Under the pieces are notes generated by a model. It worked only from the letters and a program-made list of their open reading frames with translations. It was not told the DNA's origin and did no database searches. Shown one piece after another: positions 1 to 11,047 of a stretch of DNA of 27,752 nt (the first letter of the stretch is position 1; each line of letters begins with the position of its first letter). Source of the stretch: an uncultured Acetobacteraceae bacterium (GTDB lineage: Bacteria > Pseudomonadota > Alphaproteobacteria > Acetobacterales > Acetobacteraceae); contig CAXTVL010000002.1 of the NCBI GenBank assembly GCA_964247515.1, positions 1 to 27,752 of the forward strand. The letters run 5' to 3'. Position numbers and translations under genes: made by a program.

Positions 1-522
1 GGGCTGGACCGGCTGGGGCAGGGCGGGGCGGGGCGCCTCGCGAGGCTGCGGCACCGGCGGCGGCCTCAGCAACGCCAGCTCGTCCAACGGCGCACGAACC
101 TGCGGGGCTTGCGGCGGCGATGGCGGGACCGGCGATGACGGGGCCGGCGGTGGCGGGCTCGGCGACGGCGGCGCCGATGGGACGGAAGGGGCCGCCTCAG
201 GCGCCTCCTGGCTCGGCGACTTGGAGACCGGCAATGGCGCCGCCGCGACCGGGGCCTGGGCTTGTGGCCGTGTCGGCGCCGTCGGCTTGGCGGACTCGAA
301 TACCATGGCGACGTCGCCCGGCGGCGGCGAGAGCTCCGAGGTCGGCGGCGCGGGAAGTTCGACGAAGCACAGCAGCACGGCCAGGTGCAGCGCGAGCGAC
401 GCGCCGACCACCCACCGCACCCGCCGCCGCCGGGAGCGCCGGTATACCGACTGGGCCGCGCGCAATGGGCGGCGTGGCGGGGCCGAGGTCATCGTGGCGG
501 TTGTTTCGACGGAGGTCGCCAT
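1..522 (-). CDS. TonB-like energy transducer / TonB family protein, N-terminal part (runs off the left edge; absent from the ORF track)
   Basis: Manual translation from ATG 522 (alternative ATG 492): MATSVETTATMTSAPPRRPLRAAQSVYRRSRRRRVRWVVGASLALHLAVLLCFVELPAPP... Basic cluster, one TM helix with S-x3-H (ASLALH) as in TonB anchors, then a long Pro-rich linker, open to base 1. The C-terminal domain is not visible. Confidence 0.7.
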   Translation of the reverse strand, partial: MATSVETTATMTSAPPRRPLRAAQSVYRRSRRRRVRWVVGASLALHLAVLLCFVELPAPPTSELSPPPGDVAMVFESAKPTAPTRPQAQAPVAAAPLPVSKSPSQEAPEAAPSVPSAPPSPSPPPPAPSSPVPPSPPQAPQVRAPLDELALLRPPPVPQPREAPRPALPQPVQP

Positions 523-527
523 CGGGG

Positions 528-601
528 TGGAGGTCCGGGCCGGAATCGAACCGGCATACGAGGATTTGCAGTCCTCTGCATCACCACTCTGCCACCGGAC
601 C
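528..601 (-). tRNA. tRNA-Cys (GCA), 74 nt, CCA encoded
   Basis: Reverse complement GGTCCGGTGGCAGAGTGGTGATGCAGAGGACTGCAAATCCTCGTATGCCGGTTCGATTCCGGCCCGGACCTCCA: acceptor stem, anticodon arm GAGGA-CTGCAAA-TCCTC, T-loop GTTCGATTC, 3' CCA. Confidence 0.97.
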
Positions 602-703
602 CTGTGGCGCACCCAGTCTATACGCGGCGTTATATCGGCGGTGCGGCGGGTCCGGGTCAAGCCGCCCGTCGCGCCGCTTGTGGTTGGTGCCGGTGCCGGC
701 ACC

Positions 704-732
704 TTGGCGCTGCCCCCGCTTGCGCCTAGAAC
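704..732 (+). promoter_or_regulatory. Possible sigma70-type promoter for pcm-tolC-popZ
   Basis: TTGGCG-N17-TAGAAC (CCTAGAAC resembles the alphaproteobacterial GCTANAWC -10), about 30 nt upstream of the pcm ATG. Weak, by eye only. Confidence 0.3.
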
Positions 733-761
733 CCCGGCCAAAGACGCAATGCGAGCTAGAT

Positions 762-1442
762 ATGGAACGTGCCGCCGACCCGTTCGCCGCCGCCCGGGCC
801 TTGATGGTCGACGGGCAGGTGCGCCCGAACAAGGTCTACGACCGGCGGCTGCTCGACGCCATGCGGCGGTTGCCGCGCGAGCGCTTCGTGCCCCCCGCCA
901 TGATGGCCCGAGCCTATGCCGACGAGGACGTGCCGCTGGGTGGCGGGCGTTGGCTGACCGAGCCCATGGTGATCGCCCGCCTGCTGCAGTCCGCCGATGT
1001 GGTGCGGGGCGAGCGGGCGTTGGTGGTGGGCGCCGCCAGCGGCTACAGCGCGGCGCTGCTGGAGGCGTGTGGCGCCCAGGTGACGGCGTTGGAGGAGGAG
1101 CCGGCGCTGCTCGGCGCGATGCGTCCGTTGCTGGCGTCGCTGGCTGCCGGGGTGACGGTCGTCGAGGGTCCGCTCGTGGCGGGCTGGCCGGCGGGCGCGC
1201 CGTACGACCTCGTCCTGGTCGACGGCGCGGTCGAGAGCGAAGTGCCCGCCGCCATCGTGGCCCAGTTGCGGCCGGCGTCGCCGCAGGGCGGGGGGCGCCT
1301 GGTCACGGTGCGCCGCCGCGGCGCCATGGGCCAGGGCTGCGTCGCCGAGGCGGTCGCGGGCGTGCTGCGGTTCCAGCCGATGTTCGACTGCGCGACCCCG
1401 TTGCTCGCGCCGCTGCACCGCGCGGCCGGTTTCGTGTTTTGA
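762..1442 (+). CDS. pcm: Protein-L-isoaspartate O-methyltransferase family protein (226 aa)
   Basis: MERAADPFAAARALMVDGQVRP..., PRERFVP, AYADED, SAM-binding VVGAASGY, PYDLVLVDGAV. Conserved alphaproteobacterial position upstream of tolC. Confidence 0.88.
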   Translation: MERAADPFAAARALMVDGQVRPNKVYDRRLLDAMRRLPRERFVPPAMMARAYADEDVPLGGGRWLTEPMVIARLLQSADVVRGERALVVGAASGYSAALLEACGAQVTALEEEPALLGAMRPLLASLAAGVTVVEGPLVAGWPAGAPYDLVLVDGAVESEVPAAIVAQLRPASPQGGGRLVTVRRRGAMGQGCVAEAVAGVLRFQPMFDCATPLLAPLHRAAGFVF

Positions 1443-1563
1443 TGTCGTGGCGGCCCGCCGACACCGGGGCAGCATCTACAGTGGCAGCATCTCTGCCGCT
1501 GTGGCAGAACCATGCGCGGCGGGCGCACGCGACGCCGGTTTTTCGGACATGGAGGCTTGGACC

Positions 1564-3009
1564 ATGAAGGCGCACTCCGGTTTCAGCCTGGCCATCGTGG
1601 GCAGGACGGTCGTGGGCATGGCCGTCGCGGCCTCGATGGCGGGCGCGGTCCCGGCGCGGGCCCAGGGTCGACCGCCGCGCACGCTGCAGGAGGCGTTGGC
1701 CACGACCTATTCCACCAGCCCCACCTTACAGGCCGCGCGCGCCGCACTGCGCGCCACCGACGAGAACGTGCCGGCGGCGCTGGCCGGCTGGCGTCCCTCG
1801 ATCGTGCTGTCCGGGGATGCCGGCATCAACGGCGACAAGGTCACTTCCATCACCAAGTTCAACAACGTGAGGACGAAGGCTGGCGCCTCGCTCGACCGTG
1901 CGCAGACCGACGCCTCGTTGACGGTGACGCAGCCGCTGTATCGCGGCGGGCGCACGCAGGCGGCCACGCACAAGGCCGAAAACGGTGTCATGGCGACACG
2001 GGCGCAGTTGATCGCGACCGAGGAGCAGGTGTTCACCAGCGTCGTGCAGGCCTATGTCGGGGTGATTTCCAACGCCCAGGTACTGCAACTCGACGCCAAC
2101 AACGAACAGGTGCTGTCGCGCCAGTTGCAGGCGACGAACGACCGCTTCCGGGTGGGCGAGATCACCCGCACCGACGTGGCGCAGGCGGAGGCGGCGCTGG
2201 CCGGCGCCACCGCGACCCGCCAGAGCGCCGAGGGCACGTTGCAGACGTCGCGCGCCACCTACCAGCAGCTCGTGGGCGAGGTTCCGGACAATCTGATCGA
2301 GCCGCAGCCGCTGCGGCTGCCGACCCGCACCGTGCAGGATGCCGTGCGGCTGGCGGCCGACAACAACCCAAACGTGGTGGCGGCGCTGTTCAACGACGCG
2401 TCGGCCAAGGACAACTTCGATCTCACCTACAGCGCGCTGATGCCAAACCTGAGCCTCCAGGGCTCGGTGTTCCGCAACGAGAACCAGGTCCAGAACGGCT
2501 TCATCGGCCAAGGTGGGCAGGTGCTGGCCAACCTGTCGATCCCGATCTATCAGGGCGGCAGCGAGTATGCCGCGATCCGCCAGGCGCGCCAGCAGGAGCA
2601 GCAGGCACGCAAGCAGCTTGACGACTCGCGGCGCACGGCGGTCCAGCTTGCGGTCAGTTCGTGGGAGACCTACGTCGCCCAGAAGGCCACCATCGTCAGC
2701 AACCGCGCCGCGATCCGCTCCAACGAGATCGCGCTCGAAGGCGTGCAGCGCGAGGCCATCGTCGGCAGCCGCACGACGCTCGACGTGCTGAACGCCGAGC
2801 AGGCGCTGCTGATCAGCCGGGTGACGCTGGTGCAGTCGCTCGCCAACTACGTCATCGCGTCGTATGCGGTGGCCTCGGCGGTGGGCCGCCTGACCGCGGC
2901 CGACCTCAACCTGTCGGTGCCGCTCTACAACGTCACCGCCTACTACAAGGCGGTCAAGGATCGCTGGATCGGCACCGGCGACTTCGCCACCGACCAGCCA
3001 GGGCGCTGA
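1564..3009 (+). CDS. tolC: TolC family outer membrane protein (481 aa)
   Basis: GGAGG 8 nt before ATG 1564; signal peptide ending ARA-Q; TLQEALA, QPLYRGG, RFRVGEITRTDVAQAEA, IPIYQGG, GSRTTLDVLNAEQ motifs. Confidence 0.93.
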   Translation: MKAHSGFSLAIVGRTVVGMAVAASMAGAVPARAQGRPPRTLQEALATTYSTSPTLQAARAALRATDENVPAALAGWRPSIVLSGDAGINGDKVTSITKFNNVRTKAGASLDRAQTDASLTVTQPLYRGGRTQAATHKAENGVMATRAQLIATEEQVFTSVVQAYVGVISNAQVLQLDANNEQVLSRQLQATNDRFRVGEITRTDVAQAEAALAGATATRQSAEGTLQTSRATYQQLVGEVPDNLIEPQPLRLPTRTVQDAVRLAADNNPNVVAALFNDASAKDNFDLTYSALMPNLSLQGSVFRNENQVQNGFIGQGGQVLANLSIPIYQGGSEYAAIRQARQQEQQARKQLDDSRRTAVQLAVSSWETYVAQKATIVSNRAAIRSNEIALEGVQREAIVGSRTTLDVLNAEQALLISRVTLVQSLANYVIASYAVASAVGRLTAADLNLSVPLYNVTAYYKAVKDRWIGTGDFATDQPGR

Positions 3010-3686
3010 TGAGCGGGATCGGCGTACCCGGCCAGCCGGGCTCCCGCGGGCCGACCCCAGCGAATCCGAAACCTGGCGCACCGCCTGATGGCGTGGCGGG
3101 ATCCAGCGCCTTGGCGACCGGCTCCGATCCGTCGATGGAAGACATACTGGCTTCCATACGTCGCATCCTCAGCGAAGACGAGCAGGCCGGCGCCCGCGCG
3201 GCGGAGCCGGCTGCGGCCGATCCCCGGGCTTCCCCAGCCGAACCGCACGCCCCGGAGGTGTTCAACCTCGACGCGTCGATGATGGTGGATGAGGCGCCGG
3301 AGCCCGAATCCATCCGCGAGCCGAGTAACCCGGAGCCGGTTCGGCCTGAGTCGGCCCGCCCCGAAACGCCGCGGCCGGCAGCCACACCGCCGCAGCCGGC
3401 ACCGCCGATCCCGCCACCACTGCCACCGCCCCCGAGTGTCGGGGCGGACTCGCTGGTGGCGCCGGCGGCGGCCGCGGCGGCGGCGATGTCGCTCGGCTCG
3501 CTGCGGCGCACGCTCGAAACAGAGCGGCCTTCGCTGCCGCGCAGCAGTGGCTTGTCGGTGGAGGAGCTGGTCCGCGAGGCGTTGCGACCGGTGCTCAAGG
3601 CCTGGCTCGACGAGCATCTGGCCCCGATCGTCGAGCGCCTGGTCCGCGCCGAGATCGAGCGCGTCGTGGGCCGCACCGAGTCCTGA
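3009..3686 (+). CDS. popZ: PopZ-like polar organizing protein (DUF2497), 225 aa
   Basis: TGATG overlap with the tolC stop; SMEDILASIRRILSEDE helix, Pro/Glu-rich linker, poly-Ala helix, C-terminal VEELVREALRPVLKAWLDEHLAPIVERLVRAEIERV; lies between tolC and valS. Start uncertain. Confidence 0.88.
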   Translation: MSGIGVPGQPGSRGPTPANPKPGAPPDGVAGSSALATGSDPSMEDILASIRRILSEDEQAGARAAEPAAADPRASPAEPHAPEVFNLDASMMVDEAPEPESIREPSNPEPVRPESARPETPRPAATPPQPAPPIPPPLPPPPSVGADSLVAPAAAAAAAMSLGSLRRTLETERPSLPRSSGLSVEELVREALRPVLKAWLDEHLAPIVERLVRAEIERVVGRTES

Positions 3687-3723
3687 CGGCTCCTCCCGAA
3701 GCCTCCGACCGAATGGCCGCCCG

Positions 3724-6408
3724 ATGCTGAACAAGAGTTTCTCCCCGGCCGATGCGGAGGCACGCCTGTACGACGTCTGGGAGCGTTCGGGCGCCTTCGC
3801 CGCGAGGCCCGGCAGTCGCGCCCAGCCGTTCACGGTGATGATCCCGCCGCCCAACGTCACCGGCAGCCTGCATATCGGCCACGCGCTCACCATGACGGTG
3901 CAGGACATCCTGGTGCGCTGGCGGCGGATGCAGGGGCGCGACGCGCTGTGGCAACCCGGCATGGACCACGCCGGCATCGCGACGCAAATGGTGGTCGAGC
4001 GCTTGCTGGCGGAGGAGGGCACCACCCGCCAAGCGCTCGGCCGGGCCGCGTTCACCGAACGGGTGTGGCGCTGGAAGGCGGAGTCGGGCGGCGCCATCAC
4101 CCGGCAGTTGCGCCGTCTCGGCGCCTCGCTCGACTGGCCGCGCGAGCGGTTCACCATGGACGAGGGCCTGTCGCGCGCGGTGCGCGAAGTGTTCGTGACG
4201 CTGCACGGCCAAGGCCTGATCTACCGCGACCGCCGGCTGGTGAACTGGGACCCGAAGTTCCAGTCGGCGATCTCCGACCTGGAAGTCGAGAGCCGCGAGG
4301 TGCGCGGGCATCTCTGGTATGTCCGCTACGAGGTGGCCGATGAGCCGGGCCGCTTCCTGACCGTGGCGACCACGCGGCCGGAGACCATGCTGGGCGACAC
4401 CGCCGTCGCGGTGCATCCCGGGGATACGCGCTACCGCGACCTGGTGGGGCGGGTGGTGGTGCTGCCGATCACCGGCCGCCACATCCCGATCATCGCCGAC
4501 GGCTACTCCGACCCGGAGAAGGGCACGGGGGCGGTGAAGATCACGCCGGCGCACGACTTCAACGATTTCGCGGTGGGTCAGCGGCACGGCCTGGCGATGC
4601 CCTCGGTGATCGACCGCGCCGGCCGCATCACCTTGGCCGAGATCGAGGAAGACGGCGCGTTCCTGCGCAGCCTGGCGGGGATCGACCGTGCGGAGGCCCG
4701 CCGCCTGATCGTGGCCGAGCTTGAGCGGCTGGAGGCGCTGGAGCGGGTCGAGCCGCATGTGCATCAGGTGCCGCACGGCGACCGCTCCGGGGTGCCGATC
4801 GAGCCGCTGCTCACGGTGCAGTGGTATTGCAACGCGGCCGAGTTGGCCCGTCCCGCCATCGCGGCGGTCGAGAGCGGGGCCACGCGGTTCGTGCCGCAAC
4901 AATGGGAGAACACCTTCTTCGCCTGGATGCGCGACATCCAGCCCTGGTGCATCAGCCGGCAGCTCTGGTGGGGCCACCGCATCCCGGCCTGGTACGGCCC
5001 GGACGGCGCGGTGTTCGTGGCCCATGACGAGGCGCAGGCGCAGGCGCAGGCGGCGGCGCAGTACGGCGCGGCCACGGCGCTGACCCAGGACGAGGACGTG
5101 CTCGACACCTGGTTCAGCAGCGCGCTGTGGCCGTTCGCCACCTTGGGCTGGCCGGACGCCACCGCCGACCTGGCGCGCTACTACCCCGGCGACGTGCTGG
5201 TGACTGGCTTCGACATCATCTTCTTCTGGGTGGCCCGGATGATGATGATGGGACTGCACTTCAAGGCTGAGGTGCCGTTCCGCGTCGTCGCCATGCACGG
5301 CCTGGTGCGCGACGAGCGCGGCCAGAAGATGAGCAAGAGCAAGGGCAACGTGATCGACCCGCTGGCGCTCATCGACCGTTTCGGGGCAGACCCACTGCGC
5401 TTCGCGGTGGCGGCGCTGACCGGCCCCGGCCGCGACGTGAAGCTCGGCGCCGCCAAGGTCGAGGAGTACCGCGGCTTCGTCACCAAGCTGTGGAACGCGG
5501 CGCGGTTCTGCGAGCTGAACGGGGTACGGCCGGACGCGGCGTGGCGGCCGGCGGACGCCACGCTGCCGCTGTCGCGCTGGGTGCTGGCCGAGACGTCGCG
5601 CGCGGTGGCCGAGGCGACCGCCGCATTGGAGGCGTTCCGTCTCGACGACTACGCGGCGGCCGGCTACCGCTTCACCTGGGGCGTGTTCTGCGACTGGTTC
5701 CTGGAGCTGGCCAAACCGGGCCTCGGCGGCGACGGGGCAACGGAATTGCGGCAGGTCGCGGCGCACGTGCTCGGCATCGTGCTGCGGCTGCTGCATCCAG
5801 CGATGCCGTTTGTCACCGAGGCACTGTGGGACGAGTTGGGCTACGGCCCGGAGGGCAGTCTGATCCGGGCGGAGTGGCCGGCAGCCTTCACGACGCCGGG
5901 GGCGGAGCAGGCACGCGCCGAGCTCGATTGGCTGACCCGGCTGATCGGAGAGGTCCGGGCGGTGCGCGCCGAGATGGGCGTGCCGCCTTCGGCGCTGGCG
6001 CCGGTGTTGCTCAAGGACGCGGCCCCGGACAGTCTCGCCCGCGGCACGCGTTGGGCGGAGGCGATCAGCCGCATGGCCCGGGCCAGCCGTTTCGGGGCGC
6101 TCGAAGGCGACGTACCGCCCGGATCGGCACAATTGGTGATTGGCAGCGAGACCGTGGTGCTGCCGTTGGCCGGGCTGATCGATTTCGGCGCAGAACACGC
6201 CCGGCTCGACCGCGAGTGCGCCCAGGCGGCAAAGAACGGCGAGGTGGCGCGGCGCAAGCTGGAGAACCCCGAGTTCATCTCCCGCGCCAAGCCCGAGGTG
6301 ATCGAGGAGAACCGCGAGCGGGTGCGGGTGGCCGAGCAGGAGGTCGCCCGGCTGCGGGCGGCGATGGCCCGGATCGCGCCGCAGCTCGCGCCCAAGATCG
6401 CGCCATGA
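3724..6408 (+). CDS. valS: Valine--tRNA ligase (894 aa)
   Basis: [60 protein letters not shown]-terminal coiled coil. Confidence 0.98.
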   Translation: MLNKSFSPADAEARLYDVWERSGAFAARPGSRAQPFTVMIPPPNVTGSLHIGHALTMTVQDILVRWRRMQGRDALWQPGMDHAGIATQMVVERLLAEEGTTRQALGRAAFTERVWRWKAESGGAITRQLRRLGASLDWPRERFTMDEGLSRAVREVFVTLHGQGLIYRDRRLVNWDPKFQSAISDLEVESREVRGHLWYVRYEVADEPGRFLTVATTRPETMLGDTAVAVHPGDTRYRDLVGRVVVLPITGRHIPIIADGYSDPEKGTGAVKITPAHDFNDFAVGQRHGLAMPSVIDRAGRITLAEIEEDGAFLRSLAGIDRAEARRLIVAELERLEALERVEPHVHQVPHGDRSGVPIEPLLTVQWYCNAAELARPAIAAVESGATRFVPQQWENTFFAWMRDIQPWCISRQLWWGHRIPAWYGPDGAVFVAHDEAQAQAQAAAQYGAATALTQDEDVLDTWFSSALWPFATLGWPDATADLARYYPGDVLVTGFDIIFFWVARMMMMGLHFKAEVPFRVVAMHGLVRDERGQKMSKSKGNVIDPLALIDRFGADPLRFAVAALTGPGRDVKLGAAKVEEYRGFVTKLWNAARFCELNGVRPDAAWRPADATLPLSRWVLAETSRAVAEATAALEAFRLDDYAAAGYRFTWGVFCDWFLELAKPGLGGDGATELRQVAAHVLGIVLRLLHPAMPFVTEALWDELGYGPEGSLIRAEWPAAFTTPGAEQARAELDWLTRLIGEVRAVRAEMGVPPSALAPVLLKDAAPDSLARGTRWAEAISRMARASRFGALEGDVPPGSAQLVIGSETVVLPLAGLIDFGAEHARLDRECAQAAKNGEVARRKLENPEFISRAKPEVIEENRERVRVAEQEVARLRAAMARIAPQLAPKIAP

Positions 6409-7265
6409 GCGAGACCAGCGTACTGACGCTGTCCTGCCGCAACCAACCCGGCATCGTGGCCGCCGTATCGACCTACCTGTTCGAGACCGGCTGCAACATC
6501 CTCGACGCGCAGCAATACGACGACACCGAGACCGGGCGCTTCTTCATGCGCGTGGTGGTGAATACGGTCTCGCCCGGATTGGCCCTGGCCACGGTGCGCG
6601 ACGGTTTCGCGCCGGTGGCGCAGCGATTCGCGATGGCGTGGCGGATGCGCGGCCGCGCCGAGCTCCAGCGCGTGCTGCTGTTCGCCAGCCGGTTCGACCA
6701 CTGCCTCGCCGACCTGCTGTATCGTTGGCGGATCGGCGAGATCCCGATGCGGGTGGTCGGCATCGTGAGCAACCACCCACGCGACATCTACCATCACCTC
6801 GATTTCGGCGACGTGCCGTTCCACCACCTGCCGATCACCCGCGAGACCAAGATGGAGCAGGAGGCCCGCATCTGGGAACTGGTGCGCGAGACCGGCACCG
6901 ACCTGGTGGTGCTGGCGCGCTACATGCAGGTGCTGTCGGATGCGCTGACCGCCAAGCTCACCGGCCGCTGCATCAACATCCACCATTCCTTCCTGCCCGG
7001 GTTCAAGGGCGCCCGCCCGTACCACCAGGCGGCGGCCCGGGGCGTGAAGCTGATCGGCGCCACGGCGCACTACGTGACCGCCGACCTCGACGAAGGCCCG
7101 ATCATCGAGCAGGACGTGGAGCGGATCAGCCACCGCGACACGCCCGACGACCTGGTGCGCAAGGGCCGCGACATCGAGCGCCGGGTGCTGTCGCGGGCCG
7201 TGCGGCACCAGTTGGAGGACCGGGTGATCCTCAACGGCAACAAGACCGTGGTGTTCACCGACTAG
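6405..7265 (+). CDS. purU: Formyltetrahydrofolate deformylase (286 aa)
   Basis: ATGA overlap with valS; N-terminal ACT domain ([16 protein letters not shown]), [62 protein letters not shown]. Confidence 0.96.
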   Translation: MSETSVLTLSCRNQPGIVAAVSTYLFETGCNILDAQQYDDTETGRFFMRVVVNTVSPGLALATVRDGFAPVAQRFAMAWRMRGRAELQRVLLFASRFDHCLADLLYRWRIGEIPMRVVGIVSNHPRDIYHHLDFGDVPFHHLPITRETKMEQEARIWELVRETGTDLVVLARYMQVLSDALTAKLTGRCINIHHSFLPGFKGARPYHQAAARGVKLIGATAHYVTADLDEGPIIEQDVERISHRDTPDDLVRKGRDIERRVLSRAVRHQLEDRVILNGNKTVVFTD

Positions 7266-9514
7266 CCGAGCAGGTCCTCGATCAGGATCGGCGTCTTGCG
7301 CACCCGGATGCCGGTCGCGTGGTAGACCGCGTTGGCGATCGCCGCCGGCATCCCCACGATGCCGACCTCGCCCACCCCCTTGGCGCCGATCGCGTTCACC
7401 ATCGTGTCGGTCTCCTCGACCAGCTCCACCGTGACCTCGCCGATGTCGGCGCAGGAGGCGATGTGGTAGCTGGCGAGGTCCTGGTTGGCGAAGCGGGCCT
7501 GCGCGCGGTCGACCCGGCTCTCCTCCATGAGCGCGAAGCTGGCGCCCCAGATCATGCCGCCGGCGAGGTTGCTGCGGGCGGTGCGCGGGTTGATGATCCG
7601 GCCACAGGCGAACGCGCCGACCATGCGCTCGATGCGGATGGTACGCAGCAGCGGATCGATCCGCACCTCGGCGAACTGGGCGCCGAACGAGAAGCTGACA
7701 TGGGTCTCCGTCACCGGGCCAGCCATCGCGATGCCGCCTTGCAGGCCATACTGCATCTTGGCATCCGCCATGCCGGTGGGCTTCCAGTCGGCGGCGGCGT
7801 CGACCGAACCGGACGGCGTGGCTTTCACGATGTCGGCCAAGCTGTGCGCGACACCGTCGGCACCGACGATACGCCCATCGGCAAAGTGCAGCGTCGCTGG
7901 ATCGCGGCCGGCGAACGGCGCCGCCTCGGCGGTCGCCACTTGCAGCAGCTTGTCGCGCAGCGCCAGCGCTGCCTGGTGCACCGCCGATCCGGCCGATCCG
8001 GTGGTGATCGAGCCACCCGACATCGGCCCGGAGGGCAGGTTGCTGTCACCCAGTTCGACGCGCACCCGCTCGTCGGCGACACCCAGCGCGTCGGCCGCGA
8101 TCTGGCCCAGGATGGTGTAGACGCCGGTGCCGACGTCATGCGCCGAGGTGCGCACCCGCAGCACGCCGTCAGCGGACAGCGCCACATGGGCGGAGGCTGG
8201 CGCGACCGGGGAAGGATAGGCGGCGGTGGCACAGCCATAGCCGATCAGCACGCCGTCATCGGTCCGCATCGAGCCGACGCCGGGCGTGCGCCGGCTCCAG
8301 CCGAAGCTCTCGGCGCCGCGCCGGAAACACTGCACCAGCGAGCGGCTGCTCCACGGCAGGCCGTCGACCGGGCTGGCCTGCGGCTCGTTCTTCGCCCGCA
8401 GCTCGATCGGGTCCATGCCGAGCGCCACGGCCAGCTCGTCCACGGCACTCTCGTAGGCAAAGAACGACGGCGCCTCGGCCGGCGCGCGCTGGAAGCCGGG
8501 CGTGTTGACGTCAGTGTCGACGGTGGATTCCGAGGTGCGGATGTTCGGGATCGCGTACATCAGCGAGGTGGCGTCGGTGCCGGGGAAGGCCACATGGTCG
8601 ATCGCCGCGCTCTGGCCCACCGCCTCGTGGATCATGGCGACCATGGTGCCGTCGCGTTCGGCGGCCAGCGCGATGCGGTTGCGGGTGGCGGGGCGGAACG
8701 ATCCCACGGTGAACATGGCGTCGCGCGGCACCACCAGCTTGACCGGGCGGCCCAGCCGGCGCGCCGCGGTGGCGATCAGCACGGTGTGCGGCAAGATGGT
8801 GGCCTTGCCCCCGAACGCGCCGCCGACATAGGGCGAGACCATGTGGACGTCCTCGGCCGGGATGCCGAAGATGGTCGCGAGGCCGGCCCGCTGGCCCACG
8901 ACCCACTGGCTCGGGCACTCGATGGTGAGCTTGCCGTCACTCCAGCTCGCGGTGGTGGCGTACAGCTCCATCGGGTTGTGGTGCTGCGCCGGCGTCGAAT
9001 ATTCCTGGTCGACGCGCACCGGAGCGGCGGCGAGGGCGGCGTCGGCGTCGCCGACGCGCACCGCCGATTTCTCTTCCGTGACCACGACGCGGTCGGGATC
9101 GTCCATGGCCGCCCCGGCGTGCTGCGTGGCGTACTCTACGTTCAACGCCCGCGCCGCCTGTTCCGCCGCTTCCTGCGTGTCGGCGACCGTGAGGCCCACG
9201 ATCTGCCCCGAATAATGCACCTCGTCGGAGGTGAGCGGCATGAACGAGGACTGCATGTGGCCGCCCTTCATGGCGAAGGTCTCGGTGCCGAGGTCCTGGT
9301 TCATGTCGCGGTGGGTCAGCACCATCTGCACGCCGGGCACCGCCTCGGCGGCGGCGCTGTCGATGCGGGTGATGCGTCCGCGCGCCACCGGGCTCAGCGT
9401 CAGGGCCGCGTAGGCGGTGCCGAGATGGCCGAAATCGGCGGCGTACTGGGCCGCGCCGGTCGCCTTGGCGGCGCCGTCGCGGCGGGTGGTCGGGAGGCCG
9501 ATGCTGCCGTCCAT
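7262..9514 (-). CDS. Xanthine dehydrogenase family molybdopterin-binding subunit, PaoC/YagR-like (750 aa)
   Basis: [40 protein letters not shown], catalytic-Glu motif [33 protein letters not shown] lies 8 nt before ATG 9514, favouring it over TTG 9520. Confidence 0.92.
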   Translation of the reverse strand: MDGSIGLPTTRRDGAAKATGAAQYAADFGHLGTAYAALTLSPVARGRITRIDSAAAEAVPGVQMVLTHRDMNQDLGTETFAMKGGHMQSSFMPLTSDEVHYSGQIVGLTVADTQEAAEQAARALNVEYATQHAGAAMDDPDRVVVTEEKSAVRVGDADAALAAAPVRVDQEYSTPAQHHNPMELYATTASWSDGKLTIECPSQWVVGQRAGLATIFGIPAEDVHMVSPYVGGAFGGKATILPHTVLIATAARRLGRPVKLVVPRDAMFTVGSFRPATRNRIALAAERDGTMVAMIHEAVGQSAAIDHVAFPGTDATSLMYAIPNIRTSESTVDTDVNTPGFQRAPAEAPSFFAYESAVDELAVALGMDPIELRAKNEPQASPVDGLPWSSRSLVQCFRRGAESFGWSRRTPGVGSMRTDDGVLIGYGCATAAYPSPVAPASAHVALSADGVLRVRTSAHDVGTGVYTILGQIAADALGVADERVRVELGDSNLPSGPMSGGSITTGSAGSAVHQAALALRDKLLQVATAEAAPFAGRDPATLHFADGRIVGADGVAHSLADIVKATPSGSVDAAADWKPTGMADAKMQYGLQGGIAMAGPVTETHVSFSFGAQFAEVRIDPLLRTIRIERMVGAFACGRIINPRTARSNLAGGMIWGASFALMEESRVDRAQARFANQDLASYHIASCADIGEVTVELVEETDTMVNAIGAKGVGEVGIVGMPAAIANAVYHATGIRVRKTPILIEDLLG

Positions 9515-9516
9515 GT

Positions 9517-10500
9517 TCAAATCCTCCTGCTGGCGACGAGCGCGGCGCGCGCCACGGCGCGAGCCCCAAGTTCGATCTTGAAGCCGTTCTCGGCCAGTGG
9601 CTTGGCGTCGGCGAAGCCGGCGTGGCCGGCGGCCAGCGCGGTCCGTTCGGTGAGGACGACGCCGGCCAGCGCCGCCTCGGCCGCGCGCGACCGCCAGGGT
9701 CGGGTGGCGACCCCGCCCATCGAGACCCGGGCGTGGCGGACCGTGCCGCCGTCCATGTCGAGCGCCACGGCGGCGGAGACCACGGCGTAAGCGTAACTTT
9801 GGCGGTCGCGCACCTTGAGATAGGTGGAGCGACGCCCGGCCGGGGTCGCTTGCACCAGGAGCGCGGTGATGATCTCGCCGGGCCGCAGTGGCGTCTCGGC
9901 GCCCGGGTCGTCGCCGTACGGAACATGCAGCTCGGACATCGGAATGGTGCGGGCGCCGCTGGCCGAGCGGATCTCGACGCTGGTGTCGAATGCCGCCAGC
10001 GCCGTGGCCCAGTCTCCGGGATAGGTCGCGACACAGCGCTCGGAGCCGCCGAACAGCGCCATCTCGCGGGTCAGCCCCGCCTGCGCGGCGCAGCCGCTCC
10101 CGGGCGCGCGCTTGTTGCAGGCCGAATTGCCGTCACGGAAGTACACGCAGCGGGTGCGTTGCAACAGGTTGCCGCCGACCGTGGCGGCGTTTCGCAGTTG
10201 CTGCGAGGCGGCAAGCTGCAGGCTCTCGGCCAAAGCGGGGTAGTCGCGCAGCAGCGTCGCGTCCTCGGCGACGTCGGCCATGCGGGCCAGGCTGCCGAAG
10301 CGCAGCACCGCGCCGGAGGTGTCGAACGAGGCCAGCTCGTCCAGGTGGCCGATGTCGACGATGCTGAACGGCGCCGCAAGGTCGCCGCGCATCAGGTCGA
10401 CCATGGTGGTGCCGCCGGCCAGGAGTGCCGCGCCCGGGCGCTGCGCCAAATGGAACGCCTCGTCCAGCGTAGCGGGACGGTGATAGGTGAAGGGCTGCAT
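9517..10500 (-). CDS. FAD-binding subunit, PaoB/YagS-like (327 aa)
   Basis: LLAGGTTMVDLM, ASQQLRNAATVGGNLLQRTRC, four-Cys insert C-x9-C-x8-C-x18-C, YLKVRDRQSYAYA, GGVATRPWR, NGFKIEL. Confidence 0.93.
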   Translation of the reverse strand: MQPFTYHRPATLDEAFHLAQRPGAALLAGGTTMVDLMRGDLAAPFSIVDIGHLDELASFDTSGAVLRFGSLARMADVAEDATLLRDYPALAESLQLAASQQLRNAATVGGNLLQRTRCVYFRDGNSACNKRAPGSGCAAQAGLTREMALFGGSERCVATYPGDWATALAAFDTSVEIRSASGARTIPMSELHVPYGDDPGAETPLRPGEIITALLVQATPAGRRSTYLKVRDRQSYAYAVVSAAVALDMDGGTVRHARVSMGGVATRPWRSRAAEAALAGVVLTERTALAAGHAGFADAKPLAENGFKIELGARAVARAALVASRRI

Positions 10501-10501
10501 C

Positions 10502-10999
<498 letters not shown>

Positions 11000-11047
11000 G
11001 TTCGGTCCTCGGCTGTCTCGTTGCGACGGCGGATGGGAAGGCCGGGT

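Noticed and set aside
528-601. tRNA-Cys as a genomic-island integration site
   Set aside because: No integrase next to it and no duplicate of its 3' end noticed in the window; sequence left of the window is unseen.
625-660. TTGACC...TATAAC promoter for the tRNA (minus strand)
   Set aside because: Spacing to TATAAC is 20 nt, too long; no convincing alternative -10 at 16-18 nt.
120-761. Long N-terminal extension of pcm in the ORF track (440 aa), and similar extensions for valS, purU, permeases and tetR
   Set aside because: The pcm extension overlaps the tRNA and the TonB-like gene. In each case family similarity begins at the downstream start chosen.
5032-5049. (GCGCAG)x3 repeat in valS
   Set aside because: Encodes an AQAQAQ stretch in a normally Ala-rich variable helix; in frame and unremarkable.
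6638-9790. 1050-aa plus-strand ORF and other long track ORFs (3595-6198, 1726-3081, 11644-13029, 14500-15930, 23528-25474 etc.)
   Set aside because: They lie antisense or frame-shifted to clearly recognisable genes, are Arg/Gly/Ala-rich and show no motifs; expected shadow ORFs in high-GC DNA.
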